Source: Octopus vulgaris (taxonomy: Eukaryota). From it: DNA of 64,000 nucleotides. The translations under genes and the position numbers were made by a program. Below the pieces are notes generated by a model that saw only the letters and a list, made by a program, of their open reading frames with translations, was not told the origin of the DNA and did no database searches. The DNA lies in NCBI GenBank assembly GCA_951406725.2, contig OX597824.1, forward strand, positions 66,774,001 to 66,838,000, in the 5' to 3' direction. Positions 25,892 to 39,813 of this stretch are shown here, piece after piece; position 1 is the stretch's first letter; the number at the start of each line of letters is the position of its first letter.

Positions 25892-26025
25892 CCTCAAGTA
25901 CCTTATCTATACTTCCTATAATTTGCCAACAATACTTAACAACAAATCTTTTATATTTGCCTCAAGTACCTTATCCATACTTCCTATAATTTGCCAACAA
26001 TACTTAACAACAAATCTTTTATATT
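25892..26025 (+). repeat. Tandem duplication with a period of about 68 bp
   Basis: cctcaagtaccttatc(t/c)atacttcctataatttgccaacaatacttaacaacaaatcttttatatt occurs twice. Confidence 0.9.
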
Positions 26026-26132
26026 ATGGTGATAATGGTTACAAGAATGCATATGATAAGATATTTTATCCAAGCCTTGAAAGCTTAATCTAAGGGCCTT
26101 TTAGTTTTTTTTGTTTTTTTTTTCATTTTCAG

Positions 26133-26246
26133 GAAACATGAATGGGAAAAACATGGAACTTGTGCTGTGGACAAACCCTATATCTTCAATGAGAAATCTT
26201 ACTTTGAGATGGGGATCAAACTTAACAAGCAATATAACCTTAGACA
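26133..26246 (+). CDS. RNASET2: Ribonuclease T2, coding exon 6 (KHEWEKHGTCAVDKPYIFNEKSYFEMGIKLNKQYNLR; CAS II)
   Basis: Poly-T plus cag acceptor, CA|GTAAGT donor. Active-site II motif FWKHEWEKHGTC completed across the junction. Confidence 0.97.
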
Positions 26247-27179
26247 GTAAGTATTTACTAACTGAAACTAATCTCTTCCGCTCTTTCAATCACATGCAAC
26301 GTGTCCTTCACACACACTAATACACTCATACACACACACACACATACACTCACACATACACACACATGCTCACACCATGCACAATCAAGCAATCATGCAA
26401 TCTCACAAAACCACATACATGATTACATACATATGTATTCATAATCAAAAACACTTCATTCACAATTTTATACATGTAATCATATTTGTATTCATATAAT
26501 CGCATGCATTCACAAGCATTTCTTCATGCACTTCCACACACACAAATTAAATTAAGCATTTCTCTAAGTTAGCTGCTGGTTTAAGTACCTGAAAAGTGTA
26601 GTTAAAATTACTTTCTCAATTCTATTATCAGAGAATCAAGACAACACTAGCTTTGTTGACTGGATGTTAACTTAGCAGCTGAATACAAGGAAGAGAAAGC
26701 TGCATTGAATTATAAGAGGCTGGTGTACAATAACTTCAAGTTGACCAAAACCTTGTGAGTGAAGTTCAGAAGACAAAATCTATGTGGCAGCCCATCAGAG
26801 TGGCTGCTCTTGTTCTTAGGTAGTTAACTCAATTTGTCAGATGGTTTAAGACCACACCTGGCTCTTGGGTATCTGGAGCACATCTCATTGTGTTGCAAGT
26901 GTTCAGATTAAGTCTCTTATCTAAGAATAACTTTCACCTTTTCTTCAAACTGTCTTGGAGCCTCTGAAAAGGGTAACTGATGCCACTCTTTCTCTTCTGA
27001 CTAAGCAATTAGAAAAAAAAAAGATGTAATCTAAGATAAGTTACACCCAATAAAAGTTGAACTAGTCATGGTTGGAACATCTTTGATCACAGATTTCTTA
27101 AACCAGTACTTACCTATGGCTAAACCACTACAACTTTTGACTAGTGTGCTGAAACAAGTAAACAATAGATATATATGTT

Positions 27180-29015
27180 ATTGGGTGACCATTTGATGTT
27201 TTATACTAAGTGATACCATTGTGATGTGAAGAAGGAAAAGACAAACAGAAAGGAGTAGAGGGAGAGTTATGAAGGTCTTACCTGTCTACTTGGAAGGGGT
27301 CACTCACAACGTCCACGTGGTCTGTTTGCTGCCATACTGGTCCAACTGGTCTGCTCACGTATGCTGTCAACTGGGAAATGTACTTGCACCTCGTGGACAC
27401 CTGCATATCCACCACAGCCCTTCTTGTAGGACCTGCAAGCGCCACTTCTGACAGGACCTGTGTACTCCCTCACTTCTGGTCCTTCCCTCCAACACAGCCT
27501 AGCTCATAATACCACATGTCTCCCCGCTGATCTGATGATCATTCAACCAACCTACCCACACCCTCTCCTCAACCCTGACCACACACCTTAACTTCTCTTG
27601 TAATCAGCCAACCAGTGAAACGGGCACCACTCCCTCTGTGACTGCCGTGGGACTTCAGGACTGGCCTCAGTCCTTGGCATATTGCTACTGACTTCATCCT
27701 CTTGTCCATTGCTGCTGACTCCATCCTGCAACACATTGATGATCCTGGATGTAGCATTCCTTCTATGGACACATTATTCCTCAAATTTACAAAAGTTATT
27801 GTCCCCTTTCTCCATTGTGATGTGCACCATGCATTTGAGGTTTTAACCCAGACTTCTTCCCCAACCTGCACAAAGGCATGCTCTTTCTCTTCTTCTGGTT
27901 ACAGTGATGCATTACATGGATGTCTCCACTTGTACTTAAATATTGCCTTGTGTCACACTGACTCCTCAGCTTGTCCCAACTTGGGCAACATATTATATGA
28001 AAAATTGGCCTCAGTCAGTGAGTTGTTGCCCCTCCCTGCCATAGTCTTGATGGTACGATGATGCCTCTCCACAACCACGTTGCCACTTGGCTGGTGTGCC
28101 GCCCTGAAGAAGCAGCTAACATGCCACTTGTCAAGTATTTTCCTCAGCACCTCCGAGCGAAATCAGTGCCATTGTCCACAAACAGCTCATCCATGGGGCC
28201 TCATTCTAGGAACATCTCATTTAGTATTCTTATGATTTACTTAGCGGTCCCAGTCTTCAACTTCCTCCAATATGGCCAACTGCCTTGGTCTGCAGTCAAC
28301 CATCAAGTGGTATGTCTCCTGCTGGTTGGTTATTTATGTCCACTGCCAGTCATTTCCAGTTGTATTCCACTGGAATGCTTCCTGCTTCATTCAGACTTGG
28401 AGCAGGGTCCATGAACTGGCGCCTGTTGCAGCTCCCAACTGCTTTCTACACACTCTGACTGGTCACATCAGCGTCAACTTTCCTGGCTAGGAATAGGGTC
28501 CCATCCACCTCCATGTGATGCATGATATGCAGCCTCCTCAACTCTGAGTCACTCAGTCGACAGACTGCGGCCACTCTGTGCTTTAGATTCTCCGGCACCT
28601 GCAACTAGTCTTTCTTTACTCTGGCCAGGACATCTGCTCTGTTTCTCTCAGAGGACACAAAAACCACACTCAGCCTCATATCGATGTTGGCAGCTAGCTC
28701 GCTCAGAATTCCTAAACGGTGTCTTATCAGCATCTCTGCGTCTCTGTGCCTCCTTTGGTTTGCACCTTCTGCTCACTGGTGACCACTGATCCCACCCATC
28801 TAAGTACAATCGCCAAATCGGTCTGGATCTCGATGGTATGCAGCCCCCACCTCAGGGCCAGGTTTACCCTCTTCAACATGGCATCCAACTCTGCCATGTT
28901 GATGTGGTTGATGTCATCCTTCTTCCTGAGCCAGGCTGCATCCCCCACCATGACACCTCCAATTTCCAGGACAACTCCTGTCACTATGCTGCTAACATTG
29001 CATCACTTGATCCCA
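27180..29015 (-). mobile_element. Degenerate Gypsy-type LTR retrotransposon pol (RNase H plus integrase)
   Basis: AAWLRKKDD.NHINMAELDA (RNase H), SGNVVVERHHRTIK (integrase), VGEEVWVK (GPY/F-like); frameshifted. Confidence 0.75.
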
Positions 29016-30743
29016 TTCTTTAATTTACTATCAATAAATATGTAGACTGACTCAAATCCATGTATATTTACTTTCTGCTGTAAAGTTAGGCTTGTGGGAA
29101 TTTCCATCAGACTAGCTTGAGGTGAATGTGTCAAAGCAGGAACTTCTATATGGTTGCTTGATCTGTTAGAACTAGTAGCCAAACTTCCCTCAAATCATGC
29201 CTTACTATCTATAAATAAAAAAAAAACATATTGGATAATATAGTTTATCTGTATGCACTATGTCTGAAAAAAGGGAGGATGATCTGTGCTGAAACAGTTT
29301 TGGTTGTTTGATCAGACCTAATTTGAGGTTAAACAACAATAACAAGCCATAGATAAAGCCACCACATGGTTGCTTAACCTGCTTGGATTGCAACAAAACC
29401 TCTCCAGTCACCACCTATCTTCTTAAAAGATAAAAGGACACAGATGCAGGTGTAGCTGTGTGGTTAAGATGTTTGCTTCCCAACCACAAGGTTTTGGGTT
29501 CAGTCCTGCTGCATGGCACCTTGGGCAAGGGTCTTCTACTATAGCCTCAGACTGATCAAAGACTTGTGAGTGGATTTGGGAGAAGGAGACACTGAGAGAA
29601 ATTCATAGTGTGTGTGTGTGTGTGTATCTCCTTGTTTTGACATCACATGATAGTTGTAAATGAGAGTCACTATTATACAAGTGATGTCATTCATTTCCAA
29701 TATTCTGCAAGACCATGTTTGGTTATGGTGAAACATTACCTTGCTTGGAAACAGCTGAGGACTGATGATAGGAAGGGCATCTGGCCATAGAAAGTCTGCC
29801 TCAATAAACCTTGTCCAACCCATGCAAACCTGTAAAAGTGAATGTTAAAATTATGATGATGACATCGAGTAATGTAGTACTACATAAAATATATCTGAAC
29901 AAGAGATTAGATGGTCATAGTTGGAATACCTTTAGTCATAACTGCTCAGTCGAGATTAAAGGCTACATAACAACAACTACAAGTGTACTGCTCAAATATA
30001 CAACAAAATAGAACTACTGTGGTTTTGAACTTGAGACTTATGAACTGATAGTTCAACACTTTATTCAGTCAGCCATTATGATGTAGTGTCAGGAAAATAT
30101 TGGTTTCAGATTTTGACAAAAGGTCAGCAGTTTCGGGGAAGGGTTAGTCAATTACATCGGCTCCCAGTGGTTGACTGGTACTTATTTTATCAACCCTGAA
30201 AGGATGAAAGGCAAAGTCAACCTCCATGGAATTTGAACATGAAATGTAGTAATGGACGAAATGCCACTAAGCATTATTCCCAGCTCGTTGCAACAAAATG
30301 TGGACTGGAGCAATGTGAAATGAAGTGTTTTGCTCAGCGATGCAACACATCACCTGGTTCAAGAATCAAAATCACCATCTTACAATCATGAATTCAACAC
30401 TCTAACCACTAAGACACTCACCACAGGGTCAACAAGATATTGACGCCTAATGCTTTAAATTAATCATTTAGCATTCATATTACTCTGTCAGATGTAATGC
30501 TTATTTATTCTCATTGTTTTAAATTAATCATGTATTATCTTGTAGCTTTTAGACTTTCATGATCTCAGAGTTTGTTTCTAGACTGACATTGTAGTGTAAG
30601 GGTGAAAGGTTGGATCTGGCTAGTTCGAACATAAGACATGTAAGATATTTTGACTGAATATGGCCAATTTAAATGTTAAAAGGTTAAATAAAACCTAATC
30701 TTTGATGAGAAACATTTTAAGTGTTGCTCCTTGTCTTTGGCAG

Positions 30744-30792
30744 TATTTATGAAAGGAGTGGCATTATTGCAGTGAACTATACATCTTACAAG
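30744..30792 (+). CDS. RNASET2: Ribonuclease T2, coding exon 7 (IYERSGIIAVNYTSYK)
   Basis: ttgtctttggcag acceptor, AAG|GTAGGT donor. 49 nt bridging phase 2 to phase 0; matches the xxxGIxP...Y segment of T2 RNases. Confidence 0.88.
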
Positions 30793-31644
30793 GTAGGTCT
30801 TTGTTTCAACTATAAATATTTGTATGGATACATGTGTTCCTATATCTGTGTGTGCATTTGTATGTTGAATACATCGATGAGTGGTTAAGAAGTTCACCTC
30901 ACCATCATGATGTCCCATGTTCAAATCCCACTTCATAACATCATTAGCAAGTATCTCCTACATTAGTCTCCAGTTGCTCCAAGCTTTGTGAATAACATTG
31001 GATGGACAGAAATTATATGAAAACCCAATGGACTGACTATGCCTGTTATTTGAGGGTCCAGCTTTGTTATACACTTTGTCATTCTTAGTTCACCTGGAAA
31101 TTATATCAAATGTATAATTGTTTGGGGAGTACTCAGACACTTATACAGCAGTATACTATAACATGTAGCATGCTTTTGCTAATTGTTTTAGGTGCCTATG
31201 TAGTTATGAGCAAACTTAGATACCTTCCTGGGCTTGCTCACTCCTTCACCTTTAAACCAGCAGAATGTCCAGTATGTGACAGCTGGATGAAGAGAAAGCC
31301 ATACCAACACCTGGTTGGTACTCATTACAGCTGAGTAGACTGTAGCAATGTAAAATGAAGTAGGTTACTCAAGGACATGACATGCTGCTTGATATAAGAA
31401 TGAAACCCAACAACCTTATAATCATGAGATGAACACTCAAACCACTGTACCATGAGCCTTCACTAATAAATTGTTAGTTCTGTTGAGTGAACAACTGGAA
31501 CATTTATCAATAAGACCTGTGTGAGAGTTGCCTAAAATCAAGGTCTCAGATGAATAAATGTGTGTAGCATTTTAGTGGTGACCTACATGACCTACAATGC
31601 TAGCTTCTGTTTTGTCCATGTGTTGGCACATTTTTTGTGTTGCA

Positions 31645-31675
<31 letters not shown>

Positions 31676-32039
31676 TTCATCATCATCATCATTTAATATC
31701 CATTTTCTATGCTAGCATGGACTGGACAGTTTGACCAGGGCTGGCAGGCTGGAAGGCTGCACCAGACTCCAGTATGATTTGGCATAGTTTCTACAGCTGG
31801 ATGCCCATCTTAATATCAACCACTCTGAGAATGTAATGGGTGCTTACACACACATCTACATACATATATATTCTTTTATTTGTTTCAGTCATTTGGCTGG
31901 GGTCGTATATATATATCTTTTAAATTTGTTTAGGTAATGTTAGGAGTATGCAAATAAAGCTCCTATTTCATTATGCTGGCTACTGTCTAATGATATTGAC
32001 TAGTGAGTCAGATTTTTGGGGTTGCATCATGGTTATACC

Positions 32040-33930
32040 AAAAAATGCAGGATAGGACTAGACCTGACACACCTATGACACCCAGAATAAGCCTAAAAGA
32101 CTATAAGGAAAACTTCCATGATAACCCAACAGTAAGACTTATATGCCCATCCAAATCAGATATAGGTATAATTAGCAAAGTTATTATAGATAGGATAATC
32201 TCTAAATTAAAAGGTGTAACCAACATCAAATTGTGGTCCAACACCAATGAAGTTATCACCTGGTTTAAAAGCCTCGAGAACAAAACTAAGACCTAGTTTG
32301 CTTGGTTGGACATATTGAACTACTACAAGTCCATAAACTCAATCCTACTAAACAAGCCCCTAATATTCGCTAAGACAAACTCTGACCTAATTAAGGAAGA
32401 AATGGACATAATTTTAGCTACTAGAAGTACCACTATAGAATATGGAGATAAGCTATGGACTCGATGGAACAAGGTTGACTCATTTGACATAACTATGGGG
32501 TCTAGTGACTCTGCACAAGTTACAGATTTGGTTGGCATATACTTATTATTGGAAATTGGATGTTGGCTACCAAATATGTTGAGGAGGTTTACGTAGAGAT
32601 GACGCACTGTTCACTATACACCAAAGTAACAAAGTAGAAATAGAAAGATGCAAGAAAAATTCTTCAATTTTTTTAAGAATTTTAGATAGAAAATTGAAAT
32701 AGTCATAAAATTCTTAGATGTAAAACTTAGCCTTACTGATGGGAAATTTGAACTATTCCTTAAGCCAAATAAGAACTTGGGTGACTCAAGACTCAGTGGT
32801 TACTATGAATAGTTCCAATAATCATATAAATAGCTACAAAATACAAGAACTTAGAAAAATAGTAAACATAATAGGGACCAAAAGGGAAAGAAAATACTAT
32901 GACAATAACAGAGATAGATATAAAACAGAACCCATGAAACTACAGCCAAAGTAAGAAAGAATCCCACCTTTAAATACAGATAGTAATAATGACAACAAAC
33001 CAAGGAGACATGAACAAACCTAAGAGATATATTAAAAGAAATTGAAGAATAACTTATGAAATTATCTGGTTTAATCCGATCTTTGATTCACAAGTAAAAT
33101 CCAAAATAGGCCAGGAATTCTTCACAGCATTAGATAGACATTTCCCCAAATCTTCCAAATATCACAAAATCATAAACAGACACAATGTAAAACTAGCATA
33201 TGCAACTTCCCACAATCTAGAGTACCACATACACAAACTAAATGGAATAAAACCAGATGAGATATATAAACCAACCACGGCTAACAGAACTATATACAAT
33301 GATAGAATGGTGCTAGCAAAAACTCATCAATAGCAAAAGCAGGCCCAAACAACACCACACAATTAGAATTACAATACATACAAAAGGAAAATGAATACAT
33401 GATTACAAGAGGAAGAAGAAAGGACCACCAATAGTAACTCTACAGAAAAAAATTAAAAAATAGTATCATATATAACTGCAAATAAAAAGACAAATGCAGA
33501 TTTGGCTACAACTGTATGATACAGAATGTAGTGTACAAATGCAAGGTCAAGGCAAATATGCAGAAATATGCGTACATTGGTAGTACTGCAAACACCCCGA
33601 AAACTTGTCTGAGAAACTGTTTCTCATCGTTTTCCAATATAAACAAAAGACACTCTAGATCTCTGTCAAACCTTGTCTGGAGGCTTAAGCAGAATAAAGT
33701 GGAATACATAATCCACTGGTCAATTATAAAAAGTGCTACACCTTATAATGGGACTTCATGAGAATGTAACATATACCTTGAAGAAACCCTGGAATTAATA
33801 ATATCCAGGGAAAACATGATAAATAGATACTCTGAGATGGTCATATCATGCAAGCATAGAAACAAATTTGCATTCATGGGATTTGAAAAAAATATTTTGC
33901 AAACAAGTAACAAATCATAGAGTAGTGAAG
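32040..33930 (+). mobile_element. Degenerate Penelope-like element, Naiad type (RT plus GIY-YIG endonuclease)
   Basis: LKDYKENF..NPTVRLICPSKSDIG, FDITMGSSDSAQVTDLVG, IIWFNP, VVYKC...YIGST, CKHRNKF motifs; many stops. Confidence 0.85.
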
Positions 33931-34699
33931 GAACCCAAACAAATAATTGAAAATACCAATGTTTAAGATGACACACTACTACAATAACAGAAACAGTGAA
34001 AAGGTCACCATAAAAGGGGTGGCATTAATCAATGTATATTTCTTTACTACCCACAAGGGGCTAAACATAGAGGGGACAAACAAGGACAGACAAAGGGATT
34101 GAGTCGATTACATCGACCCAGTGCGAAACTGGTACTTCATTTATTGACCCCGAGAGGATGAAAGGCAAAGTCGACCTCGGCAGAATTTGAACTCAGAACG
34201 ACAGACGAAATACGTCTACGCATTTGGCCCGGCGCGCTAACGTTTCTAACAAACCCCACTGTATAGCAGCTGACCAGAATTTATTGAGAAGAGTCGGGTC
34301 TTGAATTAAATAGAACAAAGAAATATACTACCATCCTTAAATCTGCTGAATGAGTGACCATCCTTAAAATCTGCAAAATGTATAGTAAATAAACCCAGCA
34401 CCACCACAAACAACACTACTGTCATCCCCATATTACTGCCATTCCTTCCTCTGCTGCCATCACCTACATCCTCCTACCAACTATATACAGAAATACTCAC
34501 TTAGCTAGATTGGCCTTCATACTGGCAAGAAAGGATAAGCATCTGTGATCCATCCAATTATACAGTATCACCTGATGAAATGGATCGATGATGATCCTCA
34601 TGGATAATATGGACTATACTGAACTAATCCCAAGGATACCAACTCTGATCTGTGGAAATGTACATAGTGATGTATTTAATATTTAAAAATTCTATCCTG

Positions 34700-34819
<120 letters not shown>

Positions 34820-35026
34820 CATACACACACATACATATATATCTATATATGTGTGTGTATGTGTTTGCATGTGCACACGTGTATGTGTATGTATGTACAT
34901 GTATGTATATATATGTGTGTGTGCGCTATACTAATTTCTCTTTCAATCTATGAAACTCATTCTTTAGCATCTCAATCTAACTTTCTACTCCTGAACTTTG
35001 CAATCTGTCCACTACATACATATGTA

Positions 35027-36255
35027 TTGAGTTGACCAAAATGTTCATTAGTATTATTTTGAAGCAAAAATAGGATACAAGTTTTAAACACAAGCTGATT
35101 TATTCAGTCAATGATATAATTGCTATTTTGCTCCAGTATCTTCTAACATCTTGTGGGAAGATCCCTTATTTCCTCCTCAAAAGATTTCCTGCCTTTACTA
35201 ACAAAAAAACTCTTCCAGGTGAATTTTTATAACCTCTTTCAAGTTGAAGGTCTGTCTATTCAATGAATTCTGAAGAGATCAAAACAGGTGGAAATCTGAA
35301 GGCACAAGGTCAGTTGAATATGGAAGGTACAGCAAAGCTCCCAGTCAAACAAACCCCTGTAACTTCTACTGCATGCATAAAGAAGTGTACAGTCTGACAT
35401 TGTCGCAATAAAAGACAATACCCTTACAACTAGCAAGTACTGGACACTCCTGGTGGATTACTGTATTTAATTTGTCCTGCTGATCACAGTACACACCCAA
35501 ATAGATGGTCCTGTCCATGGAAAAAAGTTTGTAAAAGACAAGACCCTTTCAATCCCTTCAAATTGAAAGTGTAACCTTCTTTAAGTGATGTCTTGCTTTG
35601 AAGGTTGTTTGTGGTGATTCACATTGCCTGCTTCCCCATGACTGTTTTCTTCATATTTCTGTAAAAAAAAATTGCAGATTGAAAACCATTAGGTGAGGTT
35701 AGCCTCATTCAATTGATGTGGAACCCAAACATCAAGCCTGCTGGTGTAACCAAGTTGATGCGGATGATTTTCAACACTTGATTTGGATACTTGGAGAACA
35801 TCTGTGATCTTTCTGATCATAGAAAAGGATTGGTGTCAGCTAACTCCTTCATTTTGACACTGTTAATCTCAGTTGGCTCTCCAGAGTGAGGACCAAAACA
35901 TTTCCTGATTGAAATGTTGGAAACCACTTCTGGCACTCATGTTCCATAATAACATCCTCTCCATACATAATGTGCATATCTTCCTTCAGCTTTCCACTGC
36001 TTTCTTGCCTTTTTATAAAATAGAAAAAGCATGAGCTGTCGATAATGTTGTTTTTTTTTTTGGCTCTCTATTTTCAGAGTGATCCTAAACACACAAAATA
36101 CAACCTGTTTTGTCGCAAGTTCACATCAAACTGCATTGAAGTTTCAAATATCTAACAAGTGCACATGCACAAGGGACAGACTGAAGTTAGCTACTTATCA
36201 GAATGCTTGAAGTTTAGTGCTGATAAAAACTAATCAGACTTTTTGGTCAACCCAA
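35027..36255 (-). mobile_element. Near full-length degenerate mariner element, about 1.23 kb, with TIRs and TA TSD
   Basis: TA-ttgagttgaccaaaa ... tttttggtcaacccaa-TA. Minus strand LPYSTDLVPSDFHLF*SLQN corresponds to the mariner YSPDLAPSD motif. Confidence 0.85.
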
Positions 36256-36438
36256 TACTTACCTACATAAGTAGCTGTCCATCTAATTACTTACCTACAT
36301 ATATACCTACCTACTTAAACCTAAATATACATCCACCTTCTCACCAACAAGCTATGTTTTTATATATCCTTTCATTCATTTTTGCCTGTTCCATGTTTCT
36401 ATCTCTACTTGTGCATCCATTCTTTTCTCTGTTTATAG

Positions 36439-36510
36439 TGTGAAGACTTCAGAAATGTAATAAAAAAAAATTGGAATGTTGAGTCTATTATAACCTGTGT
36501 TCACAGTAAG
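36439..36510 (+). CDS. RNASET2: Ribonuclease T2, coding exon 8 (CEDFRNVIKKNWNVESIITCVHSK)
   Basis: Pyrimidine tract plus atag acceptor, AAG|GTAAGT donor. 72 nt, phase 0/0; DFxxxI...I.C pattern. Confidence 0.9.
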
Positions 36511-37339
36511 GTAAGTCTAGTTCTAAACGTTTGTCCATTTATTTAACATCCATTTTTTCATGTGAACAGGCCTGGATGAGAGCTTTATTGCTGGATGACC
36601 TTCCTGTTGTTAACATTCATTCCTTACTTTCAAACATTCTGACTTTATATAGTTTTTGGCAAGTTTTTTTTAAGGGGGGGGGGGGCAGGATGGATGGGTC
36701 GAGCTTTGTGAATGATAATTAGCTGTGAGGTAGGTAGACTGGGGGAGTAGTTGTGTAGGAAGGAGTGATAGGAGGGAAGTATGTGTTTATAGAGTGTGAC
36801 TTAATAAAAAGTTATGATGAAAGATTTATTTTTGTTTGAAATGGGAATTTTGTTATTGTTTAGGGTTCAATCAGGCAGAGATGTGAAAATGTAAACATTC
36901 AAATTCAGATCACATTTTTTGTATTGAAAATTATGTTTTTAATGTTTTAATGTTCATAAATGAGTGTTTATCACACAGTATGGTCAGGGTTAGGGTTATT
37001 GAATTTTAAAATAATTATTTATAGTAGCATAGTCTCCTTAATCCTAACATTCCCAAACTACCCAGCTGAAAGTTTCTTAATAGAAATCTAATAACATCTA
37101 TTCAATCTTAGTCTGACTTGTGTTGTGTGGTCAACTCATTTGTCTACAAATATCCTTTTGTGAAACTTTAAACATAACAAAAACAAACTTTCTATTCAAA
37201 GAATATCAAGATCTAAATTTGATACATCTTTACTTCTATGCCTGACTGAAGAAAAATTAATTCATCAAACAACAAAATTCCTGCATCAACCCAAAATAAA
37301 TATCTTCACTATAACTTGCTATCAACCTACAGCCTACAA

Positions 37340-39071
37340 ATATAAACTTTATTCAGGTGACACAGTCTTAGGGAAAGTTAATATCAAGAGAGGAATTTTC
37401 CAAGGAGACTCATTATCTCCTTTAATAGTTGTCTTATGTTTGATCCCCCTCAGTTTTGTATTAAGGGAGGCAAAGGAAGGGTATCAGCTCAGAAATAGTA
37501 ATGGAAAAATTACCCATTCGCTCTACATGGATGAGCTGAAGTTTTATCGTAAGAATGAAAGGGATAGATTCCTTAATACAGACTGTAAGACTCTTCAGCA
37601 AAGATATAAGCATGGAATTTGGCACAGATAAGTGTGCAATATTAGTCATGGAAAGGGGACAGGCAGTTAACAGTGAAAGTATCTAATTACCAGGTGACCA
37701 GACATTAAAATCATGAAAAAAGGAGAGAGTTATAAGTATTTAGGAGTATCAGAATTTGACAGAGTACTAACTATAGAAATGAAAATGAAAATTGAGGAGT
37801 ACATCAGAACGGTAAGGAAGCTAATGAAATCAAAGCTAAATGGTCTGAATCTAGTGACAGCTATAAATACTTGGGCAGTATCTTTACTTAGATACTCAGC
37901 AGCTTTTGTTGATTGGACAAAAACTGAAATACCAAAGCTAGACAGGAGAACCAGGAACGATTTCAATATGAATGGAGAATGCCACCCAAGGGCAGAAGTA
38001 GTAAGATTATACTTACCTAGAAAGGAAGGCAGAAGAAGGTTAATATCAGTAGAAGACTGCATAGAGTTAGCTAGAGTAGATATAGATTCCTATGTAGGTA
38101 ATGGGGAAGAAAATTTATTAAGAGCTGCAATAGTCCCAGCAAGACATCAGGAAACCAAAGAATCAAATGAAATTAAAAACCAGAAAAAGAACAAAAGTTA
38201 TCTGACTGGCAGGAGAAGGCTTCGTATGGTAGGTTCCTAAAGATAGTTGCAGCAAATAGTAGTAGTGAGACATGGTTACAGTTGCAGAAAAGAAGGCTAA
38301 AAAGGGAGACAGAAAGTTTGTTAGTAGCAGCACAGGATCAAACATTAAGGAGTAATTGGATAAAAGTCAAGATAGACAAAAACCAAGTAGATTCCCAATG
38401 TAGGTTATGCAAATCAAAAGAGGAAAGTGTTACTCATACAGTAAGTGAATGTAGCATGCTGGCACAGAAAAAATACAAGAAAAGACATGACAGCCTAGGG
38501 AGAGTAATCCACTGGGAGTTATGTAGAAAGCTAGGATTAAACATGAACCTAGTAAAGTACTAGAAAGTAAGAAATACAAAAGTTTGTGGGACTTTAAAAT
38601 TCAACTTGATAGAGTAATAGAAGCTAAAAGGCCGGCTTTAATAGTAGTAGATAAAGAGAATAGAAAGTGCCAGATAATTGACCTGACAGTCCCAAATGAT
38701 GAAAAAAATCAATATGAGAGCTATAGAAAAGATAGCAAAGTACCAGGACCTAGCCATTGAATTACAGAGACTATGGAAAGTGTGGGTAAAATATATCCCA
38801 GTAGTTATTGGTGCATTAGGAACTATCCCTATAGATTTGAACAAATGAGTAGAGGAAATAGGCATTAAAACCCAGTTTAGTACAGCTTCAGAAAACAGTG
38901 TTATAAGGGACAGCTAGGATACTTAGGAGGGTTCTTGGTATCTAAGGTTACTTATTGTAGCCCGATGTTGGGAATGTTTCTTTTCCAACAGCCTAATCTG
39001 TTGTGTGTATATGAATAATAATAATAATAATGATAATAATGATAATAATAATGATAATAATAATGATAATG

Positions 39072-39135
<64 letters not shown>

Positions 39136-39180
39136 TAACGATTTAAAAATTTTTTAATAATAATAATAATAATAATCATC
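37340..39180 (+). mobile_element. R4/Dong-like RLE non-LTR retrotransposon 3' half with (TAA/TGA)n tail
   Basis: RGIFQGDSLSP, LYMDELK, AINTWAVSLLRYS, CRLC...H..SEC..LA...YKKRHD zinc knuckle, KYQDL, PVVIGALG; frameshifted. Confidence 0.9.
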
Positions 39181-39204
39181 ATCTTCATTGTTTTTTCTTT
39201 CCAG

Positions 39205-39366
39205 GAACCCAGACAACAATATATCTTGCAGACTGAAATTTGTTTTGATAAAAGTTTCAAACCAATAGACTGTAAACGGGATCAAAAATGCCTTCAATGC
39301 TCACAAAAAGAGAACATTTGGTATCCCCCATTAGAGAACACAGCTACACCTGGTATTATTGGTTAA
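39205..39366 (+). CDS. RNASET2: Ribonuclease T2, last coding exon (EPRQQYILQTEICFDKSFKPIDC...CSQKENIWYPP...*)
   Basis: ttttttctttccag acceptor. QxExCxDK...DC and C...YPP C-terminal motifs; TAA stop at 39364-39366. Confidence 0.95.
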   Translation, partial: EPRQQYILQTEICFDKSFKPIDCKRDQKCLQCSQKENIWYPPLENTATPGIIG

Positions 39367-39807
39367 TGGTTTTTTTCAGCTTTTTTTTTTACCTCTTTGT
39401 CTATCTTTTGGTTTTCTGTAGTTCACTTTTAGTATGTATATAAGTATTATATATGTGTATGTGGTATTAATCGCATATAATTGCACATATGTGTATGTGG
39501 TATTAATTGCACAAACTTAAACTTATGTTACTGTTGCTTGACAACTAGAAATTTGAGAGAAGTTGCATGAAAAGTAGAGGTTAAGGTTTCAAAATTTTTT
39601 TTACATATGGTTGGAGCCATCTATAATTTCAGACAAATTCCATAGGTCTTATTAGCCATAGGCTGTGTACTTTCTCAAAATTAAATAATTTAAAGGGAGA
39701 TTGTTTTGCAAACACATTGGAGTAGAAGTGGGTGGGGTGGGTTAAAAATGAACATGTTTGAAACAACTTTCAAAGTTCTTTTTAGAATATTTATTTTCAA
39801 CTTATTC

Positions 39808-39813
39808 AATAAA
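39808..39813 (+). promoter_or_regulatory. Candidate polyadenylation signal (AATAAA) of RNase T2
   Basis: First canonical AATAAA I found downstream of the stop, about 440 nt away. AT-rich context makes it uncertain. Confidence 0.35.

Noticed and set aside
26111-26320. Track ORF MFFFSFSGNMNGK...
   Set aside because: Wrong frame of RNase T2 exon 6.
33758-33760. In-frame TGA in the Naiad GIY-YIG region as possible selenocysteine
   Set aside because: It falls two residues before the conserved Cys (PYNGTS*ECN), at a typically basic position, consistent with CGA>TGA decay. The copy has many other stops.
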